Notes under the pieces: generated by a model
What the model was told of the DNA's origin: nothing
Database searches by the model: none
The model's input: the letters and a program-made list of their open reading frames with translations, nothing else
Part shown: in pieces, positions 11,449-22,993 of the stretch
Layout of the letters: each line of letters begins with the position of its first letter
How positions within the stretch are numbered: the stretch's first letter is position 1
Position numbers and translations under genes: made by a program
Source of the DNA: Cryptosporangium aurantiacum
Lineage (GTDB): Bacteria; Actinomycetota; Actinomycetes; Mycobacteriales; Cryptosporangiaceae
DNA: 24,000 bases
Direction: 5' to 3'
NCBI RefSeq assembly: GCF_900143005.1
Contig: NZ_FRCS01000028.1
Coordinates: forward strand, 25,146-49,145

Positions 11449-12765
11449 CTAGTCCGCCGCGGCGGCGGGCTCTTCGACCTCTTGGGGTTCGGTTCCGGCG
11501 TTTGGTTCCGGCCGCACCTGCACCTCGGTGATCGCTCGCCGCCGCACCGCCCGCACCTCGAACGACCAGCGATCCACGGTCACCGCGTCACCCGGCGAGC
11601 GCGGGATCCGCCCCAGCACCGCCAGGATCAGACCGGCCACGGTCGTGTAGTCACCCTCCGGCCGGTGCGGCAGCTCGATCGCGATGTCGACCAGGTCGTG
11701 CACCGGGAACGACCCCGGGAGCAGCATCGAACCGTCCTCGGCGATCTGCACCGACCGGACGTCCTTGTCGGTCTCGTCGTAGATCTCGCCAACGACCTCC
11801 TCGACGAGGTCCTCCACCGTGACGAGCCCGTCGATGTCGCCGTGCTCGTCGACGACCAGCGCCAGCTGGGTGCGCGCCGACGACAGCTCGCGCAGCGCGT
11901 CCGGAACCCGCATGCTGCCGGGCAGCGCCGGTACCTGGCGGATCCGGTCGATCAGCCGTCCCTCGTCGTCGAGCAGGTCGCGCAGGTGCACGACGCCGAT
12001 GACGTCGTCCAGCGAGCCCCGCACCGCCACCGGCGCCCGGCTGTGACCGGAGTCGGCCAGCGCCCGGCGCGCCCGCGGAACGTCGTACTCGACCGGCAGG
12101 ACGAACGCCTCGCGGCGCGGCACCAGGATCTCGCGCAGCACGCGGTCACCCACTTCCAGCGCGCCGACGATCATCGTCTGCTGGAGCGGTGTGAAGCCCT
12201 TGTGGGAGCTCACCATCTCGGTGACCTCCTCGCGGGTGACCTCCTCACGCTGCCGATCGGGATCACTGCCCAGCAGCCGGACGACGGCGTCGGTGGTGAT
12301 GCCGAGCAGCCAGATCGCCGGGCGGCTGAGCGTCGAGAGGAGGTCGAGCGGGCGGGCGACCGCGAGTGCCCAGCCCTCGGCTCGCTGCATCGCGATGCGC
12401 TTCGGGGCGAGCTCACCGAAGACCAGCGTCACGAACGTCAGCAGGATCGTGACGATGACGATCGAGACCGGCCGCGCCGCGTTGCCGAGGAACCCGAGGG
12501 GGCCGACCAGCGGTTGCGCGAGCGATACCGCGGCCGTCGCGGAAGCGAGGAACCCGGCGAGCGTGATCCCGACCTGAATCGTGGCCATGAAGCGGTTGGA
12601 GTCCCGCGCCAGCTTGGCGAGCACCCGGCCACCGGATCCGCGGCGAGACAATCGTTGCAGCTGGCTCTCGCGGAGCGAGATCAGCGCGATCTCACTACCG
12701 GCGAAAGCGGCGTTCAGCAGGACGAGCAGAGCGACGAGTGCCAGTTGGGCACCGACGGAGTCCAT
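11449..12765 (-). CDS. DUF21(CNNM)-CBS pair-CorC_HlyC family membrane protein (hemolysin-family / CorB-type putative Mg2+/Co2+ transporter)
   Basis: N-terminal DUF21 signature (LLVLLNAAFAGSEIALISL...GELAPKRIA), CBS-pair region (REILVPRREAFVL...HSRAPV...VIGVVHLRDLL...TQLALVVDEHGDIDGLVTVEDLVEEVVGEI) and C-terminal CorC_HlyC region (DYTTVAGLILAVLGRIP..GD). ATG 12765 is preceded by GAGAGGAA. The ORF-track start 12849 adds 28 non-hydrophobic residues. Confidence 0.9.
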   Translation of the reverse strand: MDSVGAQLALVALLVLLNAAFAGSEIALISLRESQLQRLSRRGSGGRVLAKLARDSNRFMATIQVGITLAGFLASATAAVSLAQPLVGPLGFLGNAARPVSIVIVTILLTFVTLVFGELAPKRIAMQRAEGWALAVARPLDLLSTLSRPAIWLLGITTDAVVRLLGSDPDRQREEVTREEVTEMVSSHKGFTPLQQTMIVGALEVGDRVLREILVPRREAFVLPVEYDVPRARRALADSGHSRAPVAVRGSLDDVIGVVHLRDLLDDEGRLIDRIRQVPALPGSMRVPDALRELSSARTQLALVVDEHGDIDGLVTVEDLVEEVVGEIYDETDKDVRSVQIAEDGSMLLPGSFPVHDLVDIAIELPHRPEGDYTTVAGLILAVLGRIPRSPGDAVTVDRWSFEVRAVRRRAITEVQVRPEPNAGTEPQEVEEPAAAAD

Positions 12766-12945
12766 GGTTCCTCTCGGGAGCCGAAAAGACCCACTCGGCA
12801 GCGGGCCGCGCCGGTGGGACCGGCGGGCCGGACGATGCGCCGCCAGCATCGGCGGCGACCGGGACCCTGCCGGGAGTTAACCCTACCAACGCCTACCCAG
12901 CGTTCCCCGCCGCGCAAACGCGGCGCAACCGCCGCGCTGAACGCC

Positions 12946-12991
12946 GCGCGGCGCCGCTGCGGACGGTGACCGTCCTGCGGCGGCGCCGCGC
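12946..12991 (-). terminator. Long GC-rich hairpin downstream of secA (candidate terminator without U-tract)
   Basis: GCGCGGCGCCGCTGCGGACGG (12946-12966) - tga - CCGTCCTGCGGCGGCGCCGCGC (12970-12991): about 20 bp of pairing with one mismatch and one bulge, 20 nt downstream of the secA stop. No U-run follows on the minus strand, so function is uncertain. Confidence 0.4.
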
Positions 12992-13011
12992 CGGGCGTCC
13001 GAATGAAAGAC

Positions 13012-15876
<2,865 letters not shown>

Positions 15877-16138
15877 CGTAGGCGCGGGCGTGCGGCGGCG
15901 GGCCTCCCGCGCTACGCGGCCAGCCGTCCACCGGTCGGGGCACACGGCCAAAAACATGTCACAGCCCACCCAGTAAACCGCAGCGGCGAGCCGACGGTTC
16001 CCGGGAGCGGCAACCTGTGGGTCACCGGCGTCCGCGGAACTCCGAACAATAGTCGGGCCGGGACATTTTGCCGAAGATTTCCCCGTTTGCGCCGTACCCA
16101 GTGCTGCCCGCACCGGGTCGAGCGGCCAGGATGTCGGG

Positions 16139-16681
16139 GTGGACACCGTGGAGATCGCCGCCGGCCGCTTCCAACTGCGGCCGTGCCAGGCCGTCGACGC
16201 CGACTGGATCTTCCGCGCCTGCCAGGACCCCGCAATCCAGCGCTGGACCCGCGTCCCCACCCCCTACCGCCTCGACGACGCCGTCGCGTACGCCACCGAG
16301 TACGTCGAAGAATCCTGGAAGTCGGGTCGGGCGGCACCGTTCGGCGTGTTCGACGCGGTCAGTGGCGAGGGGCTCGGCACGGTCGGCCTGGTATCGATGG
16401 ACCTTCCCGAGGGGCTCGCCGAGGTCGGCTACTGGGCCGCTCCCTGGGCTCGCCGCCGCGGCGTGGCGACCGCGAGCACGCTGGCCGTCGCCCGCTGGGC
16501 GTTCGGCGCGCTCGGGGTGGCGCGGCTCTGCTGGCTCGCCGAGGTCGGCAACGACGGCTCCCGCGCCGTCGCCGAGCGCGCCGGTTTCACCGTCGAGGGG
16601 GTTCTGCGAGATCGCATCCGGCGCCGTGACGGTTCCCGCGCGGATGCCTGGATCGGCTCGTTGTTGCCCTCCGACCTCTAG
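16139..16681 (+). CDS. GNAT-family N-acetyltransferase (RimJ/RimL-like)
   Basis: Typical RimJ/L-type pattern: FQLRP....DADWIF....DP.IQRWT..P.PY, GTVGL........[16 protein letters not shown], and [19 protein letters not shown] start at 16139 (alternative GTG 16148). Divergent from secA. Confidence 0.85.
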   Translation: MDTVEIAAGRFQLRPCQAVDADWIFRACQDPAIQRWTRVPTPYRLDDAVAYATEYVEESWKSGRAAPFGVFDAVSGEGLGTVGLVSMDLPEGLAEVGYWAAPWARRRGVATASTLAVARWAFGALGVARLCWLAEVGNDGSRAVAERAGFTVEGVLRDRIRRRDGSRADAWIGSLLPSDL

Positions 16682-16772
16682 ATCGACGCCGTCCGGCGAG
16701 CCACCGTGGGCGGGTTCCGCTCCGCCGTCGGGGTCCAGGCCCGTGCCCTCGCGTCCCCGCCGTAGACACGAA

Positions 16773-16848
16773 GCGGACGCCCGGCGCGCTGCCGAGCGTC
16801 CGCATGACGCTGTTGCATTTGCATTTGCTACGGCGGTGGAGCCCGCCG
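16773..16848. terminator. Convergent 3'-end region with two hairpins and a T-rich GCATTT repeat
   Basis: GCGGACGC (16773-16780) / GCGTCCGC (16796-16803), followed on the plus strand by ...TGTTGCATTTGCATTTGC (candidate terminator for the GNAT gene). CGGCGG-tggagc-CCGCCG (16831-16848) lies immediately downstream of the hpf stop on the minus strand. Confidence 0.4.
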
Positions 16849-16852
16849 GCCG

Positions 16853-17488
16853 CTAGATCCCCAGGCAGATGACTCCGTAGTCGTAGCCTTTGCGGCGGTA
16901 GACGACGCTCGGCCGACCAGTGTCCTTGTCGTTGAAGAGGTAGAAGTCGTGCCCGACGAGTTCCATCTCGAAGAGGGCGTCGTCGACGGTCATCGGCTCA
17001 CCGGGGTGCTCCTTGGTGCGGACGATCCGGCACGGACCGTCCTCCCACTCGTCGAGTACAGCGACCGACCCGTGCTCCTCCAGCGTGGGTTCCGAGCCGT
17101 TCGGCAGCGCCCACATCGGCGCCGGCAGCTCTGCGGTCGCTTCCGCCATCGCCGAGGCGACCGAGACGGGGGTGCGACGACCGTGGTGAACGCGCCTGCG
17201 GTCAGCGGCGCGACGGAGACGGTTCTCCAGCTTCGTGATCGCGAGGTCCAATGCGGAGTAGAAATCCGCTGCAGCGGCTTCGCTGCGAATCACCGGACCC
17301 CGGGTTTTGACGGTGATCTCGACCCGCTGGCAAGTCTGCGCTTGCCGACGGTTCGGTTCGTGGAACAGTTCGACGTCGATACGAATCAATTTCTGGTCGT
17401 AGCGCTCGACGCGAGAGAGCTTTTCACTCACGTTCTGCCGGTAGTGATCGGGCACCTCGACGTTACGACCCTTGACGACGATGTCCAC
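16853..17488 (-). CDS. hpf: Ribosome hibernation promoting factor, long form (HPF/RaiA)
   Basis: DIVVKGRNVEVPDHYRQNVSEKLSRVERY...IDVELFHE...RVEITV N-terminal S30AE domain, plus the C-terminal long-HPF dimerisation domain (PMTVDDALFEMELVGHDFYLFNDKDTGRPSVVYRRKGYDYGVI). GTG 17488 is preceded by GGAGG with a 5-nt spacer. The ORF-track start 17500 is itself the GTG inside that RBS. Confidence 0.92.
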   Translation of the reverse strand: MDIVVKGRNVEVPDHYRQNVSEKLSRVERYDQKLIRIDVELFHEPNRRQAQTCQRVEITVKTRGPVIRSEAAAADFYSALDLAITKLENRLRRAADRRRVHHGRRTPVSVASAMAEATAELPAPMWALPNGSEPTLEEHGSVAVLDEWEDGPCRIVRTKEHPGEPMTVDDALFEMELVGHDFYLFNDKDTGRPSVVYRRKGYDYGVICLGI

Positions 17489-17759
17489 ACGTACCTCCAC
17501 GCTTCCGCGAACTGGTCAGCCGGCCCGACTCCGGGCGGCTTTCTCAACGAGGTACCGGTCACCCTTGCCCGTCACACGGGGCGGGAGGGAACCGGTGAGC
17601 GGCGACCTCCCCTCGATGTCATCCATCTACTCAGGGCGAGAACTGCTGTGGAACCTGACGCTAACTCTTCGGGGTAGGGGTCGTCACCCCTCCACTCCGA
17701 CCAATTCATCCGGTTTGCTCAAACCGTATGCTTGTCATGCCTGGTGACCGGGTTTTCGG

Positions 17760-17775
17760 TTCCATCAGAATGGAA
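17760..17775. promoter_or_regulatory. AT-rich perfect palindrome TTCCAT-caga-ATGGAA upstream of hpf (candidate operator)
   Basis: Read directly from the sequence. It sits in a roughly 350-nt lower-GC region between the comF-like stop (17838) and the hpf start (17488). Confidence 0.3.
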
Positions 17776-17837
17776 TCAGACACCGCGCGTGGCGACACGC
17801 TGTACGAGCAGTCTGCACCCACTCCGCAACTTTGGCG

Positions 17838-18578
17838 CTACCTATCGTGACGAACACCGTTCGCGTCGGGTACCCGACGCGAGGTCGCTGCGACGAGGGC
17901 CGCGGCCCGCACCACGAACCCGCCCGCCTCCGCCGCTCGGCAGGCCTCCGCGAGCGTCGCGCCGGTCGTGACGATGTCGTCGACCAGCACGATCGTGCTG
18001 CCTTTCGGAGTGCGGTGGTGCCGCCAGGGACGTGCGCCGACCGGCCGGAATGCCCCCGCGATGTTCTCGCGGCGCTCGGCGGCGGTGAGCCCTACCGAGT
18101 CGGACGGCGTGCGACGCAGCGTGAGCAGCGAGGCGGCACGCACCGGGTACCCGCGCTGACGCAGCGTGGCGGCGGCGCAGCGAGCCAGCCGAGCCATGTG
18201 GTCGCCGTGGCGTTCCCGGATCGCCGCTGCCGAGGACGGCACCGGCACCAGCACCACCGGCCCCGCGCCGCCGGGCCAACCCCCGGCGGCGGAGAGGGCC
18301 ACCGTTACGGCCGCTGCCAGGCGGGCGCCGAGCGGGCGGGCCAGCGCACGGTGGCCACGCTCCTTGTAGGCGATCAGCGCCGAGCGCAACGCCCCGCCGT
18401 ACACCCCCGCCGCGACGCAGATCGCCGGGCCGTCCCCACCCGGCCGGTCGCAGGCCGGGACGAGCGACGGCTGGGTGTGCAGCGCGGACCGCCCGCACAC
18501 CGGGCAGAGCGGCCCGTCGGGGCCACGACAGCCCACGCACCGCACCGGCAGCACCAGGTCGAGCACGTCCCGCCACAC
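17838..18578 (-). CDS. ComF-family protein / phosphoribosyltransferase-domain protein
   Basis: N-terminal double CxxC zinc ribbon (PVRCVGCRGPDGPLCPVCG) and C-terminal PRT motif IVLVDDIVTTGATL. GTG start 18578. The position between lpqB and hpf matches Rv3242c synteny as I recall it. Confidence 0.85.
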   Translation of the reverse strand: MWRDVLDLVLPVRCVGCRGPDGPLCPVCGRSALHTQPSLVPACDRPGGDGPAICVAAGVYGGALRSALIAYKERGHRALARPLGARLAAAVTVALSAAGGWPGGAGPVVLVPVPSSAAAIRERHGDHMARLARCAAATLRQRGYPVRAASLLTLRRTPSDSVGLTAAERRENIAGAFRPVGARPWRHHRTPKGSTIVLVDDIVTTGATLAEACRAAEAGGFVVRAAALVAATSRRVPDANGVRHDR

Positions 18579-18631
18579 GCCTCAACGGTGCCCGAACACC
18601 GAGGGCCCGCGGAACCCCCTGTGGACGACGC

Positions 18632-20425
18632 TCAGCCCGGGTAGAACGGCGCGACTCCGGCCACCTGCAGCGCCGGCGTCACGGAGTAGTTCGCCTCCGC
18701 GCTGTAGATGCGTCCGCTCAGCTCCAGCGGGATGATCGGCTCCGGGTTCTCGGTGGGGTCCGCGGTGAGCCGGACGACCGGCGTCGTCTTGAGCCGCGTC
18801 GTCTGGATACGCGCGGGCGAGCCGTCCACGGGCGCGAGGACGATCGACACCTCGTCGCCGGCGTTCCCCGGCCGGGTGACCGCCACGGCCGCGGTCACCG
18901 CGCCGTACCAGGAGACGTCCTTCGGCGCGCCCTCGACGGCCAGCGGTCGCGCTCGCAGCACCAGCGCGCTGCCGGTCGAGCCGGTGAGCATCCCGAAGAA
19001 GACCTGCGCGGAGCTGCCGGTCCCGTTGATGAACACCGCACGCACGCCGTCCATCGAGAGCCGGATGGCCGTGATGTTCCGGAGCCGCCGCCCGTTCGGC
19101 CCGATCACCTGGATCTCGGTCGGAGTCCGCGCGTTGCCGACCCCGACCTCGAAGAGGCGCCCGCCCACCGGGACGACGACCGTGACCGAGTTACCGCCCC
19201 AGGACGGGCGCCCGATCTGCGACGCCCGCAGCGTGGGCTGCATCGTGCCGGACGCGTCGGTGATCCAGAGCCGCTGGGAACCCGCCTCGTCACGAACGAC
19301 CGCGAGCCGGGTGAGGTTCATCGAGACCGCCGCCGACCTCACGTTCTTGCCCTGGACCGACGTGCCGAGCCGCAGCGGCTTCTGATCGAACGACCCGGCG
19401 TCGCTCAGCACCTTCACCGCGCCTTTCTGGACGGCGAACGTGGGTAGGTTCTGCCGGTCGACGACGACCGGGTTGTAGCGCTTCCAGGCCGACTGGTCCT
19501 GGTTGGCGCTGAAGTCATCGACGTCCAGCGGGCGGCCACCGACGGTCAGCCGGACGCTGCCGGAGAACGACGCGCTCAGCGACCAGCCCACCTCGGCCAC
19601 GAACGCGTTCAACGCGTCCTTGTCCAGCGACTCGGCCTGGGCCTCGAGTTCGACGATCAGGTCGCCGTCCTCGACCGCCACCCGACTGGTGCGCTTGATC
19701 TTCGGCAGCGGGTTCACCGCGACCGGCTTCAGCGCCGCGGACGGGCCGGCGAGCACGAAGTCGACGATCTGCGTCGCGAGGTCACCGCTGCTGTCCTCGT
19801 TGACGTACCGCCGCTCGGGGATGACCAGCTGCGGGTTGGTGCCGGTGACCGCGCTCGGCGCCGCCGCGTAGTACACCGTGGTCGGCGTGAACGAGCTGGC
19901 GAACTGGTCGTCCCGGACGATCAGCGGTGGCGGCTCGGCGAACAGCCACGTGCCCCCGATCCGCGCCATCCGGACCTGGACCTGCCACGCCGAGTTCTCC
20001 GCCTCCGCGAAGACACCGTCGCTGTCGACCGTGCCGATCAGGTCCGCGCTGAACAGCGCGGTGGTGGTGGCCGCGCCGCTGGCCATCTCCGCGACCGACG
20101 CCCGGACGTCGCCGCGGACGACGACCATCGACGGGTTCTGGCTGAACGTGTTCCGGAGGGCGGGCGTGGCGAGGAAGTGGTCGCCGAGCGGGCCGGGGTT
20201 GCGGGTGGCGCGCAGCGCGTTGACGTACGCGCTCACCGAGAGCGCGGCGTCCGCCCCGGGGCGGGGCAGCAACGTGTTGACGCTGTCGCTCTCCGGTTCG
20301 CCGCTCTGGACCGCGCTGGGCGCTGCGACGGGGACGGCCGGTCCGCTGTCGGGCACGCGGGCACAGCCGCCGAGGGCGCTGGCCAGCAGCGCTGCGACGA
20401 CGACCGGGACCAGACTGCTACGCAC
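18632..20425 (-). CDS. lpqB: Lipoprotein LpqB (MtrAB-associated)
   Basis: Signal peptide with lipobox MRSSLVPVVVAALLASALGGC|A. Size of about 600 aa, immediately downstream of mtrB. The GTG start 20425 overlaps the mtrB stop (TAG 20420-20418) by 8 nt. Confidence 0.9.
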   Translation of the reverse strand: MRSSLVPVVVAALLASALGGCARVPDSGPAVPVAAPSAVQSGEPESDSVNTLLPRPGADAALSVSAYVNALRATRNPGPLGDHFLATPALRNTFSQNPSMVVVRGDVRASVAEMASGAATTTALFSADLIGTVDSDGVFAEAENSAWQVQVRMARIGGTWLFAEPPPLIVRDDQFASSFTPTTVYYAAAPSAVTGTNPQLVIPERRYVNEDSSGDLATQIVDFVLAGPSAALKPVAVNPLPKIKRTSRVAVEDGDLIVELEAQAESLDKDALNAFVAEVGWSLSASFSGSVRLTVGGRPLDVDDFSANQDQSAWKRYNPVVVDRQNLPTFAVQKGAVKVLSDAGSFDQKPLRLGTSVQGKNVRSAAVSMNLTRLAVVRDEAGSQRLWITDASGTMQPTLRASQIGRPSWGGNSVTVVVPVGGRLFEVGVGNARTPTEIQVIGPNGRRLRNITAIRLSMDGVRAVFINGTGSSAQVFFGMLTGSTGSALVLRARPLAVEGAPKDVSWYGAVTAAVAVTRPGNAGDEVSIVLAPVDGSPARIQTTRLKTTPVVRLTADPTENPEPIIPLELSGRIYSAEANYSVTPALQVAGVAPFYPG

Positions 20426-22184
20426 GACGCTCCGTCTCTCCGTTCTCCTGCGGTGGTACTTCCGCCAGCTCCGGCGGACGAGGTGCCTCGATCGCGCGGG
20501 GATAGCGGCTGCCCGCGTCGGCCGGGGCCAGCGGCAGCGGCGCCGCCGAGAGCCGGACGCCCCGCCGCAGCGGCAGCGTCAGCCGGAACTGCGCACCGAG
20601 CCCCGGCCAGCCCCACACCTGCAGCCATCCGTCGTGCAGCCGGGCGTCCTCGCGGCTGATCGAGAGCCCCAGCCCGGTACCGCCGGTCTGCCTGGCCCGG
20701 GACGGGTCGGCGCGCCAGAAGCGGTCGAACACCGCCTGGGCCTCCCCCGGCCGCAGCCCGACGCCGTAGTCCCGCACGGTGATCGCGAGCGCGTCCGCGT
20801 CGCTGGCCAGCGTGATCCGCACCGGCCGGCCCTCGCCGTGCTCGATCGCGTTGCCGAGCAGGTTGCGCAGGATCCGCTCGACCCGGCGCGGGTCCACCTC
20901 TGCCACGACCGGCTCGTCCGGCATCCCGACCTCCAGGACCGAGCCGGTGCGGTCGGCCAGCTGGGTGAGGCCGTCGACGGTCCGGGTCACCAGCGTCCGC
21001 ACATCGACGTCCTCCGGTTCGAGGACGGCGGCGCCGCTGTCGTAGCGGCTGATCTCCAGCAGGTCGTTGAGCAGCGACTCGAACCGGTCGACCTCATTGG
21101 AGAGCAACTCGGTGGAGCGCGCCAGCGCGGGCGGGAACGTGTCGGCGGCGGCGTGGATGACGTCGGCGGCCATCCGCACGGTGGTCAGCGGCGTGCGCAG
21201 CTCGTGCGACACGTCAGCGGTGAACCGCTGCTGCAGCCGCGACAGGTTCTCCAGCTGGACGATCTGCCGCTGCAGGTTCGCGGCCATCTGGTTGAACGAG
21301 TGCGCGAGCCGGGCCAACTCGTCCTCGCCGCGCACCACCATCCGTTCCTCGAGCAACCCGGCGGAGAGCCGCTCGGCGGTGCGCGCGGCGACCCGCACCG
21401 GCGTCACCACCTGTCTGGCCACGATCGCCGCGATCGCCGCGAGCAGCAGCAACAGCAGCGCGCCGATCGCGGTCAGCGAGTTCCCCACCAGCCCGACCGT
21501 GGCCACCTGGTCGTCCAGCGGGAAGAAGTAGTAGAGGTCGAAGCGGCCGGCCTGGGTCTCGACCGGCGCCGCGACCACGAGGAACGGACGCTCCGCCCGG
21601 TCGTCGATCGACGTCCGGGTGAACTGGTAACCGCGCTGTTTGCCGGACGCGATCAGCCGGGTGAGTTCGGCGGGCGGCCGGACGTCGTCCGGGTCGTAGC
21701 TGAAGACGTACTTCGGCGGGAGCCGCGGGTTGTCGGTCTGCTGCACCGCGACCGCGAAGCCGGCGCTGCGCGGAGCGCGCGCCGAAAGGTTGACGGCGGC
21801 CAGCCGCAGCGCGTTGTCCAGCTCCGGGTCGTCCGGACCGTTGAGCTCGGCCAGCTCGCCGCCCAGGTACGTCGCTCCGCTGGCCAGCTGGGCCAGCGCC
21901 TGTTCCCGCTCGGCCGCGACCAGGCCGTCGGTCACTCGGTGCACGACGAACAGCCCCAACGCCACGGTCATGACGCTGCTCGCCAGCAGCGTGCTGGTCA
22001 CCACCCGGAGCTGCAGCGAACGCCGCCACCGGGCGAGCACCCGCGACGCCAGCCACCGCACCGCACGCCGGAGCCGTTCGTACCCGCGGCGGAGCGAGCC
22101 GGACCGTGCGGTACCCGGGGACGTCCCCGGGGCCACGGCAGTGCCGGGGACCACGGGGTCGTCGGGTCGGGCCCGTTGTCTCAC
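20418..22184 (-). CDS. mtrB: Sensor histidine kinase MtrB
   Basis: Two TM helices flank an extracytoplasmic domain. HAMP, then H-box FTADVSHELRTPLT, N box LLGNAIEHG, G boxes DYGVGL and GGTGLGLSI. GTG 22184-22182 overlaps the mtrA TGA (22183-22181). Confidence 0.93.
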   Translation of the reverse strand: MRQRARPDDPVVPGTAVAPGTSPGTARSGSLRRGYERLRRAVRWLASRVLARWRRSLQLRVVTSTLLASSVMTVALGLFVVHRVTDGLVAAEREQALAQLASGATYLGGELAELNGPDDPELDNALRLAAVNLSARAPRSAGFAVAVQQTDNPRLPPKYVFSYDPDDVRPPAELTRLIASGKQRGYQFTRTSIDDRAERPFLVVAAPVETQAGRFDLYYFFPLDDQVATVGLVGNSLTAIGALLLLLLAAIAAIVARQVVTPVRVAARTAERLSAGLLEERMVVRGEDELARLAHSFNQMAANLQRQIVQLENLSRLQQRFTADVSHELRTPLTTVRMAADVIHAAADTFPPALARSTELLSNEVDRFESLLNDLLEISRYDSGAAVLEPEDVDVRTLVTRTVDGLTQLADRTGSVLEVGMPDEPVVAEVDPRRVERILRNLLGNAIEHGEGRPVRITLASDADALAITVRDYGVGLRPGEAQAVFDRFWRADPSRARQTGGTGLGLSISREDARLHDGWLQVWGWPGLGAQFRLTLPLRRGVRLSAAPLPLAPADAGSRYPRAIEAPRPPELAEVPPQENGETERRA

Positions 22185-22870
22185 CCGGTGCCCGCCTTGT
22201 AGCCGACTCCGCGCACGGTGAGCACCACCTCGGGGTGCTCCGGGTCCCGCTCGACCTTCGCCCGGAGCCGCTGGACGTGGACGTTCACCAGCCGGGTGTC
22301 GGCGGCGTGCCGATATCCCCAGACCTGCTCGAGCAGCACTTCCCTGGTGAAGACCTGACGCGGCTTACGGGCCAGCGCGACCAGCAGGTCGAACTCCAGC
22401 GGCGTCAGTGCGATCGGGGCTCCGTCGCGGGTCACCGAGTGCCCGGGGACGTCGATCTGGACCTGGGCTTGCGGCGGCCCGATCGTCAGCGTCTCCGGCG
22501 GCACCTCCTCGCCGCGTCGCAGCCTGGCCCGTACCCGGGCCACCAGTTCCTTGGGTTTGAAGGGCTTGACGACGTAGTCGTCCGCACCCGACTCCAGCCC
22601 CAGGACGACGTCGACGGTGTCGCTCTTGGCCGTCAGCATCACGATCGGCACGCCGGATTCCGCGCGCACCGCCCGGCAGACGTCGAGCCCGCTCATGCCG
22701 GGGAGCATGAGATCGAGCAGGACAAGATCGGGGCGGGTTTCCCGGAAAACCGTAAGTGCGGCTTCACCGTCCGCAACAAACGACGGGGAGAAACCCTCAC
22801 CACGCAGCACGATTCCGAGCATCTCGGCCAGGGCAGGATCGTCGTCGACCACCAGCACACGCGCTCTCAT
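22181..22870 (-). CDS. mtrA: OmpR-family response regulator MtrA
   Basis: MRARVLVVDDDPALAEMLGIVLRGEGF...LVLLDLMLPGMSGLDVCR...PIVMLTAKSDTVDVVLGLESGADDYVVKPFKPKELVARV, plus a winged-helix C-terminus (LTPLEFDLLVALARKPRQVFTREVLLEQVWGY...VNVHVQRLRAKVE...TVRGVGYKA). ATG at 22870. The 601-aa ORF-track version is an artefactual upstream extension. Confidence 0.96.
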   Translation of the reverse strand: MRARVLVVDDDPALAEMLGIVLRGEGFSPSFVADGEAALTVFRETRPDLVLLDLMLPGMSGLDVCRAVRAESGVPIVMLTAKSDTVDVVLGLESGADDYVVKPFKPKELVARVRARLRRGEEVPPETLTIGPPQAQVQIDVPGHSVTRDGAPIALTPLEFDLLVALARKPRQVFTREVLLEQVWGYRHAADTRLVNVHVQRLRAKVERDPEHPEVVLTVRGVGYKAGTG

Positions 22871-22934
22871 GCCCACATGGTGGCACTCTCGGCAACGAGT
22901 TGCCCGGCCGCCGCCGTACAGACGCGCCGGATCG

Positions 22935-22954
22935 CTGTCGCGCGGGCGTGACAG
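22935..22954. promoter_or_regulatory. Inverted repeat CTGTC-N10-GACAG in the mtrA / membrane-protein divergent promoter region
   Basis: cgCTGTCgcgcgggcgtGACAGg read directly. It lies in the 123-nt divergent intergenic region, and the GTGACAG half resembles the GTCACA-type half-sites I recall for mycobacterial MtrA. Weak evidence. Confidence 0.2.
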
Positions 22955-22993
22955 GATGGCCCCCATCAGTTTCCGGGAGGGGGCGATACGCGG

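Noticed and set aside
10852-12969. 705-aa ORF on the plus strand
   Set aside because: It overlaps the Rv3235-family gene in a different frame and is antisense to the DUF21/CBS transporter gene. The translation is Arg/Pro/His/Asp-rich with no domain signature.
12766-13011. Possible metal riboswitch (M-box or Mn-type) upstream of the DUF21/CBS transporter gene
   Set aside because: The 246-nt region contains only GC-rich hairpins best explained as the secA 3' end, and I recognise no conserved riboswitch core sequences. An Rfam or Infernal scan would be needed to revisit this.
17560-17700. C-rich tracts (CCCTCCCGCCCC on the minus strand, ACCCCTCC on the plus strand) as a 6C-type small RNA
   Set aside because: In 6C RNAs, as I recall them, the C-runs sit in hairpin loops. 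Here each C-run is complementary to an adjacent G-run and would be buried in stems. Without a covariance-model scan there is no basis for the call.
19878-22202. 774-aa ORF on the plus strand
   Set aside because: Antisense to lpqB and mtrB. It has no recognisable motifs and an Arg/Pro/Gly-dominated composition. This is a high-GC open-frame artefact.
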